Shown here piece after piece: positions 32,011 to 44,800 of a DNA stretch of 64,000 nucleotides. The notes beneath the pieces were generated by a model that was not told the DNA's origin, searched no databases, and saw nothing but the letters and a program-made list of their open reading frames with translations. Positions within the stretch are counted from its first letter, which is position 1. Every line of letters begins with the position of its first letter. The stretch comes from Cyanidioschyzon merolae (lineage: Eukaryota). A program made the position numbers and the translations under genes. The DNA lies in the NCBI GenBank assembly GCA_000091205.1, contig AP006492.2; one strand, written 5' to 3'.

Positions 32011-33168
32011 TCGAAAATTTTTCGTAAACAATCGCGTGGCAGATACAACGCGAGCAGTTCAGCATTCAGTTTTGTTCGAACATGGGTAATGCGCTCTACG
32101 CCCGTCGGAGCGTGCACACCAGCTCTGAGTCATGCTTGGAATCCTGCCAGACACGAGACTGTCCTCTAGAATTTTACACCTGTTGTCGTTGTTCGCCATG
32201 TTTGATGGTGGACGCTAACTAGCACCGCTCGGGAGGCGTGTCGCCATTGCGAGCGCACCCGCGTCCTGCAGGGCTTTCCGCGCGCGCTCCGTAAACGCCA
32301 TCTCAGCAGGATTTGTGTGCGTTCAGCGAGACCTCGGGATTCGCACCGCTTCCGAACGGGTAATCGCAAGGCGCTTCTATTGGTGAGAAATGTCGCGACC
32401 TTCGCATGGTGAGGCGCTTTTTTCGGCGAAGAGAACCAGCATCCGGCGTGTATGTACACCGCACCAGTCGGGTGAACACATCAGGCGTTAAAGAAAAGCT
32501 TTGGTCATTGTATATTTCCTCAGTATGCTGCATCACAGAGCAGTATCCCTGAGGTCAACGTATGATGACACTTTGTCTACGTGCTTTCACGGAACACGGT
32601 CTGATCCGCATGCATTGGCGCCTCGCTCGGGATCATCGTTTCGTACTGTATAGAGCCCAGGCGTCTACGAAAATTTAAGCGTGATATCTTCCAGCCCCGC
32701 ACCTAGAGCTGAATAAGGGCACAAAACAATGCTGCTGCTCGCAAAAGCGATCATGGTGGCTCCCAGGACTGCCCCCTTGCTGCCATGAATACGTCGTCAC
32801 TGCATTGGTTGACAAATCGGAGTCATCGAGTGCAGCTGCGGCGATCGCCCGGAGCTGAAAGGGAGAATACATCAACAGCATTGCGATGTCCAGCGAAAGC
32901 GAATCTCACTCCACCCGGGAATGGAAACAAGTCAGCCCATAACGTGTCAGCACCTGTTATTTATCGAGCTCGGCTGTTTCGTAGACGTCCATGCGCGTGG
33001 GGTCTCGTTCTCGATGCGTTCGCGGTGCTCGCCAGGCCGGCGAGTGCGTATGCGCCCCGCTCCCGCCCCTCTGCTGGAAAAGAAGAGCATGCCAACCGCT
33101 GCCCATGGCTTTACGACGAAATGCGCTGTGCTATGCGTCGGATGGGGTGCCCGCTCGCTGGGCGCTGC

Positions 33169-34101
33169 TCATACAATGAGCAGGTCCTGCTTCCCGTAGC
33201 CAAACCGGCCCTTATGACGCTCGAATAATTGAACAAATGCGTCTAAAACGCGCTTTTGTAGCGCGAGAATCTGCTCGTCAGACGGCTCGTTGATCGGTCC
33301 GGGTACGCGCACTGGTTTACCAATCACAACATGGACAGGAACGCGTGTATCTGGCCACAAGGTAAACCAGCGCCCGCGAAACAGCAGCAGTGGAACACGT
33401 GTGCGACGCACGAGCCACAGTCGAAAACGTTGCGCAAACCTAGGCCATGTTACATATAGTTCGTTTTCACCAAACGCATAGACCGGAAGAATATGGGCAC
33501 CGTGGCGCAGCGCCAGACGCAGGAAACCTTTTCGCTTGCGAAGAACAATGCGCTGACAATATGGCTCGGCTAGAACCTGTTCGTGTTCACCGCCCGTGAA
33601 GATAAGCAAGCTGCGTCCGAGTCGCAGTTGCCGCTCTGCAACCGAAGGTGACGCATCCACACAGCCCAACCAGAGCGCAAAGTCGCGTATGAATGGACAC
33701 CAAAGCAGCGCCGACGCCACAAGGTCGCGCCGTTCCAGCCCCGGCGCTACCTTGCTCAAAAAGTCGCAACCATCCGTAAACGTCGCGTAATGCTGCCAAG
33801 CGAGGATTCCGTGCGGATGGGCTGCAAATATGTACTTTTGACTCGAATCTAGGATGCCGCACTCGGCGTGAAGGTGCACGTTCAGAACTCGTTGCACGTA
33901 CCACTTCCACAGCGGGAGGCGCGCGAACGCCGGCCAGTAGCGCTCACCGTGAAGCGGGCCATCGTCGAAAAAGATAAAAGCATAGGCCAACAGGGCTGCC
34001 TTGATGAAGTTCCAGTGACATAAGAAGACGGTTACAATGAAAGATGTCACGGAAAGTAAGCGCGCAACCCGAGTAGGAAATATGTAGGTCCGTAGAGGCA
34101 T
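33169..34101 (-). CDS. DGAT2/MGAT-family acyl-CoA:diacylglycerol acyltransferase
   Basis: N-terminal TM region, HPHGIL motif (..YIFAAHPHGILAW..), ..LIFTGGEHEQV.. and ..GFLRLALRHGAHILPVYAFGENELY.., typical of the DGAT2 family. Confidence 0.85.
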   Translation of the reverse strand: MPLRTYIFPTRVARLLSVTSFIVTVFLCHWNFIKAALLAYAFIFFDDGPLHGERYWPAFARLPLWKWYVQRVLNVHLHAECGILDSSQKYIFAAHPHGILAWQHYATFTDGCDFLSKVAPGLERRDLVASALLWCPFIRDFALWLGCVDASPSVAERQLRLGRSLLIFTGGEHEQVLAEPYCQRIVLRKRKGFLRLALRHGAHILPVYAFGENELYVTWPRFAQRFRLWLVRRTRVPLLLFRGRWFTLWPDTRVPVHVVIGKPVRVPGPINEPSDEQILALQKRVLDAFVQLFERHKGRFGYGKQDLLIV

Positions 34102-34499
34102 GTGCGCGCACGCGTACGCCTCCTCCGACGTACACGCTCAGACACGCTCATATACGCAGGTCATTCCGTATTCTGGGCGCTGTGCAGTGCGCTACCGGGC
34201 GCATCAGCATCAGCGTCGTCGTCAGCGGCGGCGGCGGCGGGGGGATCGGGAGCTGGGCAAACATCGCCGTCGATGCGTGCTCGCCAGCGCCATCTACCAT
34301 GCGCGTGTCGGATCGATGATTAGCGTTTGTCACCTGAGCTGTGTTCCACCTCCGGGAGCATGTACGCAAATGGCTTTTCGCGTTGTATAGCAAAAATGTT
34401 CGATATTCGTTCATTTTGACGAGACAAAAATCCAACGGAAACGTATGGACATGGTCGTCGGCGATCCTGGAGGCCTGTCATCACCGGCTACCTGAAAGA

Positions 34500-34885
34500 G
34501 AAACGTAAAAACCCTCTTCTCGTTGAACATCGAGCGAATGAAGAGCAGGTTTCGATGAGGAAGAAGAGCGGATATAGGCGAGAGAGAGCGTTTAGCCTGC
34601 GGGAAGATGACGAGACTTTAGTGCCACAGAGTGCGCGAGTTCTTGGAATCCTCGCATTGATGCGCCTTACTAGAGGCAATACACGCGTTGAGTTTGTGAA
34701 TCGAGACTTTCATGCTGCTACCTGTATCAGATGATGTTTGGTGCTGGAGACGAAATCCGAGGCGCTGGGGCGAGCCAACTTCGTGAAATAGTCTCGCAGG
34801 GTCGAAGTATCGAAGGAGAAGCTGAAATCCATAGCGGGCGGCCGGTCCAAGAAGGCTGGGAGGCGACTGCAGGTGTGGTATTCAT
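34500..34885 (+). pseudogene. degenerate 3'-terminal fragment of a Fanzor-A-like gene (RuvC-II remnant through C-terminus), opposite orientation to the full copies
   Basis: Plus-strand translations align with the copy A1 C-terminus across frame breaks: ..LNIERM.. (compare IPIDEF), ..RVEFVNRDFHAA.. (RuvC-III) and ..EKLKSIAGGRSKKAGRRLQV.. (compare KKLKPLVGGRSKKTGRRLHV). It has internal stops and is about 70-75% identical at the nucleotide level. Confidence 0.6.
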
Positions 34886-36702
34886 TTACCCTAAATAGTC
34901 GTGGGATATTTCCACTCCGCTGACTTGCATGCATGAGGCGGGGCTTTCCTGGTACGCGTCCAGATTTCTGCACCATTCCTCGAGGGTCCACCAGTCATCA
35001 CCTCCAGGCGTGCATCCAATCGGAGATACTGGTTCGACTGCGCGATCCACTTGATGTCGAGTGCCTGTCGTAAGCGCTCGCTCCGACGCATATAGCGCCC
35101 CATCGGACAACGTACAGAAACAGAACAACTCTGCGATACGCTTGTGGATGTTGGCTGCATGCGTGGTTCACCATCGCAATTCAGTGCCGGGCAATGTACG
35201 CACTCACGGCGGTTGCCGCGAGCTGGCACTCATCTAGGCGCCCCATACCAGTCCTGCCTTCACATATCGACTGTGGCGGTGACGCATCTCGCGTTGCTGC
35301 GAGCGTTCATGGCAAGCACGGTATCCGACACGTCGCTGGGTGGATCTAAGATCGATCCCCAACAGATAGACTGGACTGGACGGGAGTTGCTGAAATGTAG
35401 ATGCGTCTCGGAAGGAGCGGCGTTTTCTTCGTTCATTGCCGATAAAACGCGTGCACCTAGGGGAATCTTCCCAGATTCAGCTATTTCATACCATAAAAAT
35501 ATGCGCGTCCATGGATCCATGCGTGGATGGCGATAAACTCGCGACTTGTCGCGAGCGCAACATCGACGACCTGAGCGCGGCCTACGACGCATTCAGAACG
35601 GGAACAAAGATAGCCGCCATGCAGACCTCCGCTGTATCAGACTCTGCACCACGAGACGCTCTGCAGCGCGAAAGCCGCTGCGTCCTTGCCAGCGAACGCA
35701 AACGCAAGCCTAGCCTTTACGACAAATGGGCTGCGAGAGCGCGAGAGAGATATGCCAATATCGCACGCGGACCGCAGAGGGATTCGGGCCCAGATCCAAT
35801 AATGTTGACCTCCAGCGGAACGCGGATGTGGTGATTGCAAGGACGTGTCTGCCATTGACGAGAACTCCGGGCATGCTCCGTGCCCGGGCGGCAGTTTCTC
35901 TTCCCGTTCTGCGAGCAACAGACGATAATCCCATCTCCGGTTGTATGCATCCCAGCGCCCCGGTTACCCGGGTATTCAAGGTCCCTGCTAAGAGTCCGGT
36001 GAGCAGCTTTAGGCACGGCGCTTCTGTAATACCGACGATTGATTCTCGTGCCATCACGTGATGCCTTGGAAAAGATGTTCACGGCGGAGGATAGCTCCGG
36101 ATTCTCCTGCGCTAATGTCGCGAAAACGCAGGTTTGCATATACCAGTTCGCCAACAGGCGAACAGTAGACCCCACGACGCAAGCTAGTCCAAGCCTGTTC
36201 GCAGACATTGTGAGCACGTCGCACGTCTGTTTACGAAACTACCAAACTCGCCGACACTGTTCAGAGACTGCTCTCGACTTGTCAATGCCCAATGCTCCAC
36301 AAGCTCACGCAAATCCCATCAAGATCATCAAAAGACCTTCACGCGCATCGCAATACCATCCGCGGCAACGATGGTGCTCCGAATCATCATCAGAGCGCGT
36401 TGTTGCGAAGCAGGTACCAGCATGTCCATGGCTCTCTAGAGCTCAGCACACGTCCCGCACGAGAAGCCGCGTCTCGCGAGGACCAAAGTCGCTTCCAGTA
36501 CCAGTGCGATGGTGTTGACGGCCATGCAAGGCTCCACCCAAAGGCAGCCCTACCTTGTCGCAACAACGCCGAGGTCGTATCGAGGTCGCTATACTGCGCC
36601 AAATCTCCACAGCGACCTGCACTCGTGCCTACAGCTTCCGTTTTTCGTTGCCATGCTGATCATGCATCTAGAAACCTCGTCGATTGTTTGCGTTTCGTAT
36701 TG

Positions 36703-37176
36703 CTAGGAGCGCGCTTGTCGCGTTTCACGAACCAGTCGCTGGAAGAGTGCAAGTCCGGCCAGTTCTGCGGGCGGCTGTCTCTGCTCTGTTATATATAGAT
36801 AGAGTAGAGGACTTTCGTGATCGAGAACTTGCTCAAGTTCACTGACATCCTGCTCAGTGAACGTTGCCAGGTGCCTCTGCGTCCACTCGCCAAGAAGGAT
36901 ATCGAGCTCCCGCAGACCGCGCTGGTTCGCTCGATAAAGGCAACGACGCTTACGCGTCTCTAGGGCGTTCGCGTCAGTGGCCGTGCTCACGCCCCGCAAC
37001 CAACGGCGTTGGGTCAGGGTGCAAGCACCCAGGTAACGTTCAACGGTTTGCGCCCTAAGAGAACACAGCTGTGTCCGCTCTACCAGATTCAAGCGACGCT
37101 CAACGAGTCCTCTACGAGAAGCCGCTTTCCCACTGAGTTCCTGCAGCATGCTCACCCAGAAGAGCCTCCACTTCAT
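36703..37176 (-). CDS. succinate dehydrogenase assembly factor 2 (SDHAF2/Sdh5, SdhE-like)
   Basis: ..RRCLYRANQRGLRELDILLGEWTQRHLATFTEQDVSELEQVLDHESPLLYLYITEQ.. matches the SdhE/DUF339 signature (RGxxExDxLLxxF....L......E..L...D.DLY.W). Confidence 0.65.
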   Translation of the reverse strand: MKWRLFWVSMLQELSGKAASRRGLVERRLNLVERTQLCSLRAQTVERYLGACTLTQRRWLRGVSTATDANALETRKRRCLYRANQRGLRELDILLGEWTQRHLATFTEQDVSELEQVLDHESPLLYLYITEQRQPPAELAGLALFQRLVRETRQARS

Positions 37177-37503
37177 CGTTGGCCGTAACCATAAAACTCA
37201 AGTGTCACGTCAAAGCGCGCTCAGCTTAGGAAGCGTCGTCGGTACCAGGTGTTACTCGGGTCCGGTACGTTACGCACACGCCGACGTTAAGCGTCCAGTT
37301 ATCACAACAGCTGCCAACACATATGCCTTTGGGGGTTTTCTTCGGCGGTGTGTGGGATCGTCGCTGCGAGTACCCGAAAAGAGCCACCCTGATTGCGCGA
37401 CTTCGATCGACCGCTGAGACTATGGCTATGCCGTGCGCTGACGTTAACCACATAGATCCCTATTTTCTTAGGTAACAGGTAGGCTTGTGTCCGAGCTTCT
37501 TTA

Positions 37504-38334
37504 ATGGACGATACAGAGGCTCGTATTCTTCAGCTTGTGCATAATTTGAAGGAAGTGGACCATCGGGACGCTGCGTTGCTTGAGCTTTCGAAGAAGCGCG
37601 AGTCTGTATCGAACCTCGCGCTCATTCTCTGGCACACACCGGGTACTGTTGCCGTGCTTTTACAAGAAATCATCGCTATTTACCCGCTACTTTCTCCACC
37701 GGCTCTCACTGGTCACGCTTCCAACCGAGTCTGCAATGCTTTGGCGCTGCTCCAGTGCGTGGCGAGTCATCCGGAGACTCGCGGCCCCTTTTTAGCCGCG
37801 CACTTGCCGCTGTACTTGTACCCGTTTCTGAACACCGTCTCGAAGACGCGGCCTTTTGAATATCTGCGTCTTACTTCTCTGGGCGTTATAGGTGCGCTTG
37901 CCAAGGTCGACGACCCAGAAGTGACTTCGTTCCTGCTCTCCACGGAGATTATCCCGCTGTGCCTGCGAATCATGGAGACCGGCTCAGAGCTCAGCAAAAC
38001 AGTTGCTACCTTCATCGTCCAAAAAATACTGTTAGATGATAGTGGGCTGAATTATGTCTGTCAGACGGCGGAGAGATTTTATGCAGTGAGCACGGTACTT
38101 GCGAACATGGTCAATAGCCTCATCGAGCAACCATCCGGCCGTCTTTTGAAGCATATTATCCGGTGTTATTTGCGGCTGAGCGATAATCCTCGGGCGAGGG
38201 AAGCCTTGCGCCAGTGTCTCCCGCAGAGCCTCCGCGACACTACATTTGCGCAGCTGCTGAACGAGGATCAGAGCACTCGACGATGGCTCGCTTCTCTGAT
38301 CTACGCACTGGGTGGAGACGCAGCGCTTGTGTAG
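37504..38334 (+). CDS. CCR4-NOT complex subunit 9 (CNOT9 / Rcd1)
   Basis: Full-length similarity to Rcd1 (..[119 protein letters not shown]..). The gene is a single exon. Confidence 0.9.
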   Translation: MDDTEARILQLVHNLKEVDHRDAALLELSKKRESVSNLALILWHTPGTVAVLLQEIIAIYPLLSPPALTGHASNRVCNALALLQCVASHPETRGPFLAAHLPLYLYPFLNTVSKTRPFEYLRLTSLGVIGALAKVDDPEVTSFLLSTEIIPLCLRIMETGSELSKTVATFIVQKILLDDSGLNYVCQTAERFYAVSTVLANMVNSLIEQPSGRLLKHIIRCYLRLSDNPRAREALRQCLPQSLRDTTFAQLLNEDQSTRRWLASLIYALGGDAALV

Positions 38335-38914
38335 TTGGTGTTCCACAGCAGGGCCCTCGCGCCCATATGAGGAAGTACCAAGGCCGCTCGCTGGACACCG
38401 CAATAATACCGTGTGTGCCGACATGGGCTGTGGCAGTGGAGCAGCGCTGCTTGCGCTCGCAGATGCTACCGTGTTCGATGTCCCAGTCGGTGGTTACGGT
38501 GGCTAGGGACGAGCGGTACTTGACGCCCGTCGTGCACTGTCTTGGCAGGGATTCTCATTCTACCGCATGCCGAGAAGCCTCCTACTCTCTGGACAGGGGC
38601 TACGAGCCTGTAGCCGGCGAAGGCGACGGGTCGTGTTCTATCAGATGCCGAGAAGCTTTCCCACTACGATTGCATACACCTACGCGCAACCTACCAGAGT
38701 GCATATTTAACAGTGATCGTGATGGACCGGACGACGACGGCCTGGATTCAAATGCCCCAGACGGTCGAGCCGAGAGCGGTCGCGACGCCCTCGAGGCAAC
38801 ACCGGGGTCTCTATGCTTCCGGACAGGGGTCGAGTCAACTGCAGGAAGCCTTCGTGACTTTTGTGTTGGGCATACACGTGAAAGATACGGCTTTTGGTCC
38901 GAACGTTGGGGTGT

Positions 38915-39637
38915 TTACGTTTTCGGCGACGTGTCGAGTCGATCGCTGGAAGCCTCTGAATTGTTGCGCTGTGCGTACATAGCAAGGATGTGGCGTTTCC
39001 GTTGGAGATGTTCGTGATTCTCTGCACCAGCCACGGGACCATGCGCATGCTCGTGGCTGTTACCACGCTCGCTTGACGGCGCAAAAAGAGCATTGAACCA
39101 GTTGTTTTCAACCGGAACGTGCTTCGAACGCTCGCATGCACCCATAGAGCTTTGTCTGGAGTTTTGCAAAGTTACCGCGGGAGAAACCGTGGACGCTGTT
39201 GCGGCCGAGGCATCCCGCGAGACCGAATGCCCCTCGTTCTCAAAATATTGACTTGGCTCACGATAATATAGCTTTTCGACGTACTTGTTCCAGATAAACT
39301 CTTGCATGCGACCAATATCGCCCGGTGAAGGACGTTCAAAGTCGGTTGGCAGCTGTGCCTCCCATATCGCTGCTGCGCGTCGGTTACCGATACGCTTCAT
39401 GTTCTCAAGTTGCTCGGACGTCCAGCGGTCCAGGTTGATCGAACGGACTTGAGAAACGTGGACACCAAGCTTTCGGTGGAAGCCACTGCACTGGATGCAG
39501 AGAAAGACGCCCAAGTTTACGGACGCCCAGCGCGGTCCAGGGCAAAAGCACTCTGCGCAGCGTCCGTTTTCCTGCTCTGCAAGAAGTATCCGGAAAACTC
39601 GCTCCTGTTCGTCTTCCGAAACAACTTGCTTCGCCAT
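38915..39637 (-). CDS. ArfGAP domain protein
   Basis: The N-terminus carries the ArfGAP zinc finger and arginine finger (..NGRCAECFCPGPRWASVNLGVFLCIQCSGFHRKLGVHVSQVRSINLDRWT..). Confidence 0.8.
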   Translation of the reverse strand: MAKQVVSEDEQERVFRILLAEQENGRCAECFCPGPRWASVNLGVFLCIQCSGFHRKLGVHVSQVRSINLDRWTSEQLENMKRIGNRRAAAIWEAQLPTDFERPSPGDIGRMQEFIWNKYVEKLYYREPSQYFENEGHSVSRDASAATASTVSPAVTLQNSRQSSMGACERSKHVPVENNWFNALFAPSSERGNSHEHAHGPVAGAENHEHLQRKRHILAMYAQRNNSEASSDRLDTSPKT

Positions 39638-41816
39638 GCCCTGCTCCGGCTACTGCGTTCGTGCGTCGAAGACGACACCGACGCAGCGCGTACCCCGCTC
39701 GGTCGTTTGAAGGCTGTAGCGCTAGTGTGGACTGGCGGTGCGCCGCTGTGCCCGCGCAACGCACGGAGCTGATACAGCATCTCGCACGAGTCCGAGTAGG
39801 TGTTTCGCCTGATACAGGATATCTGCCTTCAAAGAGACTATGCCGAGTGCATCTTTGCTCTCTATGAGTAGTGGAGGAACTTCGGTTCCTTGGCAGACGC
39901 TTCTGGGTATTTGAGTCTTAGCGTCGGTCTGTGGGTGTGTCTGGAAAGTCGTTGCTTCGTGTGTTGCACCTGCGGGTGCCAGGGTTTCCAGAAGCAGTCA
40001 AACTCGGGATTCGTCAAACGGAGCGTTGGTGTCGAAACTTCAGCTCCATAAAGTAAACTGTCGGAGGCGTTTGTTCTCGACACAGGCTTTGTCGTCTTCG
40101 AATCATACCGTTTACACCTGTGACGCCCCGACTACGAGTCTGCTTGGCTCGTTTAGGTAGAGGCACTGACACTGGCTGCTTCGGTGGTTGCACTACCTAC
40201 GTTCTTCGCGTTTGCTCTCTTGGAAACGTGGATGCGCAGCTGCTGAGCGTTGCACCGTCGAAACACGGATAACTATGCTACGGTGAAGGGCTTGCATGCA
40301 GGTCGCTCAGAGCAACCTGGGATACGGATTGTTGGCAACATTCTCTAAAACTTTGATATCTTCACGAACGCACTCGCGAATTTTTCGAGTGAATAGCCCA
40401 GTGAATGATGATCGTATCGATCTCGAGACCGGCAGAGGGCATGTAGTAGGTCGCAATCGCATTGATTGCGCGACATGCGAGCCACGGAACTACGAGCTGA
40501 AACTGCGTATCAAATGTCGATTATTCGAGGGATGAATACGCTACGTCCTAGGGTTGGATCCGCAGTTTACACGTCGTTATCGAATGCGGAGGGCCAGGGC
40601 GGTGAACGCGCCGTATACCTGACTTCAGGCTACCTGGTTCATTTTCTCGTTTACGCTGCAAAGCGTCCGAATCTGCGGGAAGAATCGATAGCGTTGGGGT
40701 TTTCGAACAACATCGAATCCGATGAAACGCCCATCGAAGATACAGCTCAATACCCTGTGTCGTATACCAACTGCTTCTCTTTGGAGGGTTCGGAGCAGGA
40801 GTGCATGCCGCGAAACACCACTGGATCATCGAGAAAGCTCGATGCCTCCTACCGCATAGCAGCAATTCTTTGTCAAGCGCCACAGAAGGTGTCACCTGCG
40901 AGCGTGATGCAAACGCCTTCTGGAAGCGGCATGGCATGTGATCCATGGGTGCGGCCGGCGTGCCGGTCCGAATGCTGGACGCTCCGCGATGCGATGCGAA
41001 CGACCTGAACGTGATGCCTGTTCGGGAGACGGAACACCACGGGGCCTGGCAGCGTCGGTGCCCTCTGGGAATCGCACCATCCCGATGCAACTACAAGTCT
41101 TCGCACGCTAATGTTTTCGGAATGGTGTGCTTACGCTTGAGAGCAGACCTATCCTATTGCGCACACTGTAAGCCGACGACTGCTGTCTGGAATGCCGGTT
41201 TGGTAGGGCAACTGGAAGCCATAATGCGTCAACGGTGAGTACGGTTCTTCAAGCGGTTCCGAAATGATCATTCTAGCAACACGTTGTGATGCAGCGGCCT
41301 GCGGGGCGCGCTCCGGGTTTGCATCCCGCGACGGCGAGCAGCATCCGCAGCGCTGCTGTATGTGCAACGCGCTGCCCAGAGCCGCCACCTCGTCAGTACG
41401 GACGCAGAGCCCCTGCCGTGGATGCAAACGCATCAAATAGCATTCAAGCCCGTTTCTGCGAACCTCGGCGCGAATGACGCACCAGCGGCACATGCGGCAT
41501 GTGGCTCGTACCATGCATCGAGTTCGATTTTTACGTCATAGGAGCGCTCAATCTAACCAGGGATCCCGAATGGCTCGAGCTGGAATCCCCACGTATGCGC
41601 GTTGATCCGCCTCGAGGCATCGACACGAGCACCGCCAACGGAGAGCGCACACAGCTTCCGACCAACAATGTCCATAAATCTCCTTTTTATCTACCTTCGA
41701 TATACGCACGGATATGTGGCGTGTCCGGGCCCCCTGCCCAGGCATCATCGAAATTGAACCATCTGACTGGAGAATTCGCCACTTGCCTACAAGCTGTAGC
41801 AGATGTGCGGTTGCGT

Positions 41817-42494
41817 ATGCCCTACGTATACGACTGCGATGAACTGCAGGGATACATTTTGTTTCTCGGAAGGGATAAATACGAGAATGACGCACTGCTC
41901 GAGTATTCGTTGCCGTTGGACTGGTGGTTCCATGTCGATAAGCACTCTTCTGCACACGTCTACGTTCGACCCAAGAGGCGCCTCTTCGAGTTGAGCGAGA
42001 CGTCTGGAGGCACGGCCTACGAGCTGAGCGCAGCACCACTTGAACCGCCGACAGAGGTTGTGCGTGCAGCGGCGGCCGTTGCCAAGGAAAACTCTATCGA
42101 AGGTGCCAAGCAGAGCTTTGTTCACGTCGTGTATACGCCTGCGTCGAACCTGTTGAAGTCTGGAGACATGGGCCCAGGTCAGGTGGGCTTTCGAGACCCC
42201 AAACTTGTGCAGCGAATCCGCGTCGCGCGTTCGGACGCTGTGCGATTGAAGCAGATCAAGAGCTCACGCAAAGAGTGCACAATTGACGAGCTTCGGAAAT
42301 CACACGAAGACTTTCAACACGAGCAGCAACGCTGGTCAAAGGCAGCGTCTCGGCGACGACAGGCCGAGGAAAGAGCCCATCAGGAACAGGCAGCCCGTGA
42401 ACGGGATGCGCGAAACTATGCTCATTTGCATAAGCAAGAAGCGATGACGAGCAATAAGGAATTAGCTGAAAACTACGAGGATGAGTTTCTTTGA
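41817..42494 (+). CDS. CCDC25 homolog (NFACT-R / DUF814 domain)
   Basis: ..GYILFLGRDKYENDALLEYSLPLDWWFHVDKHSSAHVYVRPK.. and ..HVVYTPASNLLKSGDMGPGQVGFRD.. align with CCDC25. The ORF-track ORF starts at 41499, but the conserved protein begins at the ATG at 41817 (MPYVYDCDELQ). Confidence 0.75.
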   Translation: MPYVYDCDELQGYILFLGRDKYENDALLEYSLPLDWWFHVDKHSSAHVYVRPKRRLFELSETSGGTAYELSAAPLEPPTEVVRAAAAVAKENSIEGAKQSFVHVVYTPASNLLKSGDMGPGQVGFRDPKLVQRIRVARSDAVRLKQIKSSRKECTIDELRKSHEDFQHEQQRWSKAASRRRQAEERAHQEQAARERDARNYAHLHKQEAMTSNKELAENYEDEFL

Positions 42495-44401
42495 TGCACC
42501 AGAATCGTGACAATGCGAGAGATGCTCGGCAGGCGCACATCCCGCGAGAAGCTTTCCCTAGCGTCCGATCAAGGCAAATCCTTTTCCTAAGCTTTATTCT
42601 GGTGCATCCGCGAAGCTGGGCATTGCACTCGAAGACACTGAGCCAAAGCCTGTTTACTTGAAAGCGCTTTGTCTGAATGAGGAACGGTTGCACTGCTTGG
42701 CAGGATTCGATTCGAGATACGATATTCCGGGCGCCTAATGACAGAGGTTTTTCGGAGCCTTTCGACCATGCGTAAAAATGACATGCGCTCGCGGACATGG
42801 TTTCGGGTACCAGCGCTGGCGTGCTGGCGTTTTAGTAAGCGCAGTGCACGCTGGAAGACGTGAACCAGCATGCTGGTTTTGTTCTTGTCTGGTTTTCTCC
42901 CCGGTATTCAATTAAAGTCTAGTGTTCTGTGGATTGGAGAAAGTTCGCGGAAGGAGTTGATGCCGCCATGATTAGCTTGCGAGAACAACGACCTTCGTTG
43001 TTCAAGCCACGCTTTCTACGGTCAGCCAGTGAATGAACTGCCCTTGTCGTAGTGCTTAGTGTAGACAGAGCGCACCCGAAACGCAGCTTGTCGAATACGA
43101 TCTACACGATTGTCTCTTCGTCAGTGCATTCCAATCCATTTGCTGTCTAAGAAAAACGATTAGAGTATACACAGGATGTGAAAGCTCCGCACCACTGATT
43201 CGAACGGTGATGAAGAGTCGCAAATGGACAAGGACAAAAGTGCGCGTCTACGGGAGATCGTCACTTGCTGAACGTCACAGAATGGATTTCGCACTGAAAT
43301 GCGAATGCTCTCAACAGGAGGTATGGGAGCTCTTCATTTTCGGTGAGACTTGCCTAGGGAAATGCTAGCCTTGAATACCGGTACCTAACACGGGAAAGAC
43401 CGCTGTTCGTCAAGCAGAGGCAAGCGAGCGTGACGACAACACCAGCCCTAACAACGATTTTATGGTGTGTTCGCCTACGAATTGTTGCAAGGGCTGAATT
43501 GTTCAACACCGCATTCTTCGTTGACGCGCTTTGTGACTTGTGCTCGCCAGATTCTTGTGTCTTGTTCGTAGATACCATGGACTATGATCACTCAAATGCG
43601 CTGAAGCGGTTCGCATTAGCGATTCGTGTTGAGCAGTTCTTCGTGCTAGCATCTTCTCCCTAGTTCAATCGAGTCCGAGGCGTGTTCTCCTTTTCGAATG
43701 CCATATTCAAGCTCATGCTTCTATGGATGAGTCATTCGTATCTGTGATACGGTTTTTCGACGAACCCCTCTGCGTCGACTGGTTCTACACATTCACCTGC
43801 CGTGCATTGCAGTGCTGGTTCGCTGCTCGTACGCGGGAGAAAGCGGAACGGCGCGCTTCGGTCCACGGACGTGGTCGAGCCGGACCAGGTGACGAAAAGG
43901 TAGTTGAGGAATGGGAGAAACAAACGAAGAACAGGCGAGTTTCAGTGTCCACGTCTACGTATTGGATCTGAATACTGCGGAATAAAGGATACGGAGTAGT
44001 GCGTTAGTATCCATGCTAGCCCGCCAAGTCATGAGAAGGCGAGGAAACTCCTGAACAAAGAAGAGAAAAATCCTCGCGAAACGACACCAAGCAAAGATCG
44101 ACAGGAGGAACGGTTTACGCGGAAACAATACCCTGAAATCACTGTCGAGGCCTGCCTAACAAAACTCCTCACCAGGAATAATTTCTCAAAAAGTGCAGTG
44201 CAAGACGCCAGTGGGGATCACGTCGCTCTATACTCGAGAATGTCGTGCCTGGCTCCGCTCGCGAGGACGCACCGCATCAAGCAGTTGCTTGTAGGAGTTC
44301 CGGTGTCGGAACAGCTGGCTACCGACCTTCCTCTCGCATACCTAGACCAAACCAGCATGCGACAACACAGCTGATGCTCCAGACAGAAGACGACATACCG
44401 C

Positions 44402-44800
44402 ATGATCGTCGGATTAGAGCGTCGCACACATACACACTTCCCAGAATACCTGGAGGCATTGGCGCGACACGTCGGTAACCGGAGTGTCTACAGAGCAGGT
44501 GCCCAAAAGCATCATACCAGCCTCATAAACCATATGCTGGTCACCGTCGATTGGTTCGTGCAGCGTACACTGGAGGCGTTGCGCGCTCAACGTACTGTCC
44601 CAGCTAAGTTGGGACTGATAAACGGCATTCGCGGAGTATCGATGACGGTCAACGACGAGCTGGTGACTGCGGAGACGATCGAGGAGCTCGCGAGTACGGA
44701 ACAGATGTCGCAGTGGAAGCGAGTTCGCTTCCGATCGTCCAAGCTCATGGCGTTGCTCTCGGAATCGGGTACACGGAACTCGTATCCGAAGCATGTTTGA
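44402..44800 (+). CDS. hypothetical small protein (132 aa)
   Basis: Protein-like composition (..EYLEALARHVG..VDWFVQRTLEALRAQR..ETIEELASTEQMSQWKRVRF..) in an otherwise gene-poor 3.5-kb stretch. A longer antisense ORF overlaps it, so the call is uncertain. Confidence 0.2.
   Translation: MIVGLERRTHTHFPEYLEALARHVGNRSVYRAGAQKHHTSLINHMLVTVDWFVQRTLEALRAQRTVPAKLGLINGIRGVSMTVNDELVTAETIEELASTEQMSQWKRVRFRSSKLMALLSESGTRNSYPKHV

Noticed and set aside
35717-36217. 166-aa minus-strand ORF in the DGAT2-SDHAF2 interval as a gene
   Set aside because: It has no recognisable family, overlaps equally long ORFs in other frames (35710-36057, 35726-36061), and lies in the interval that contains the degenerate Fanzor fragment.
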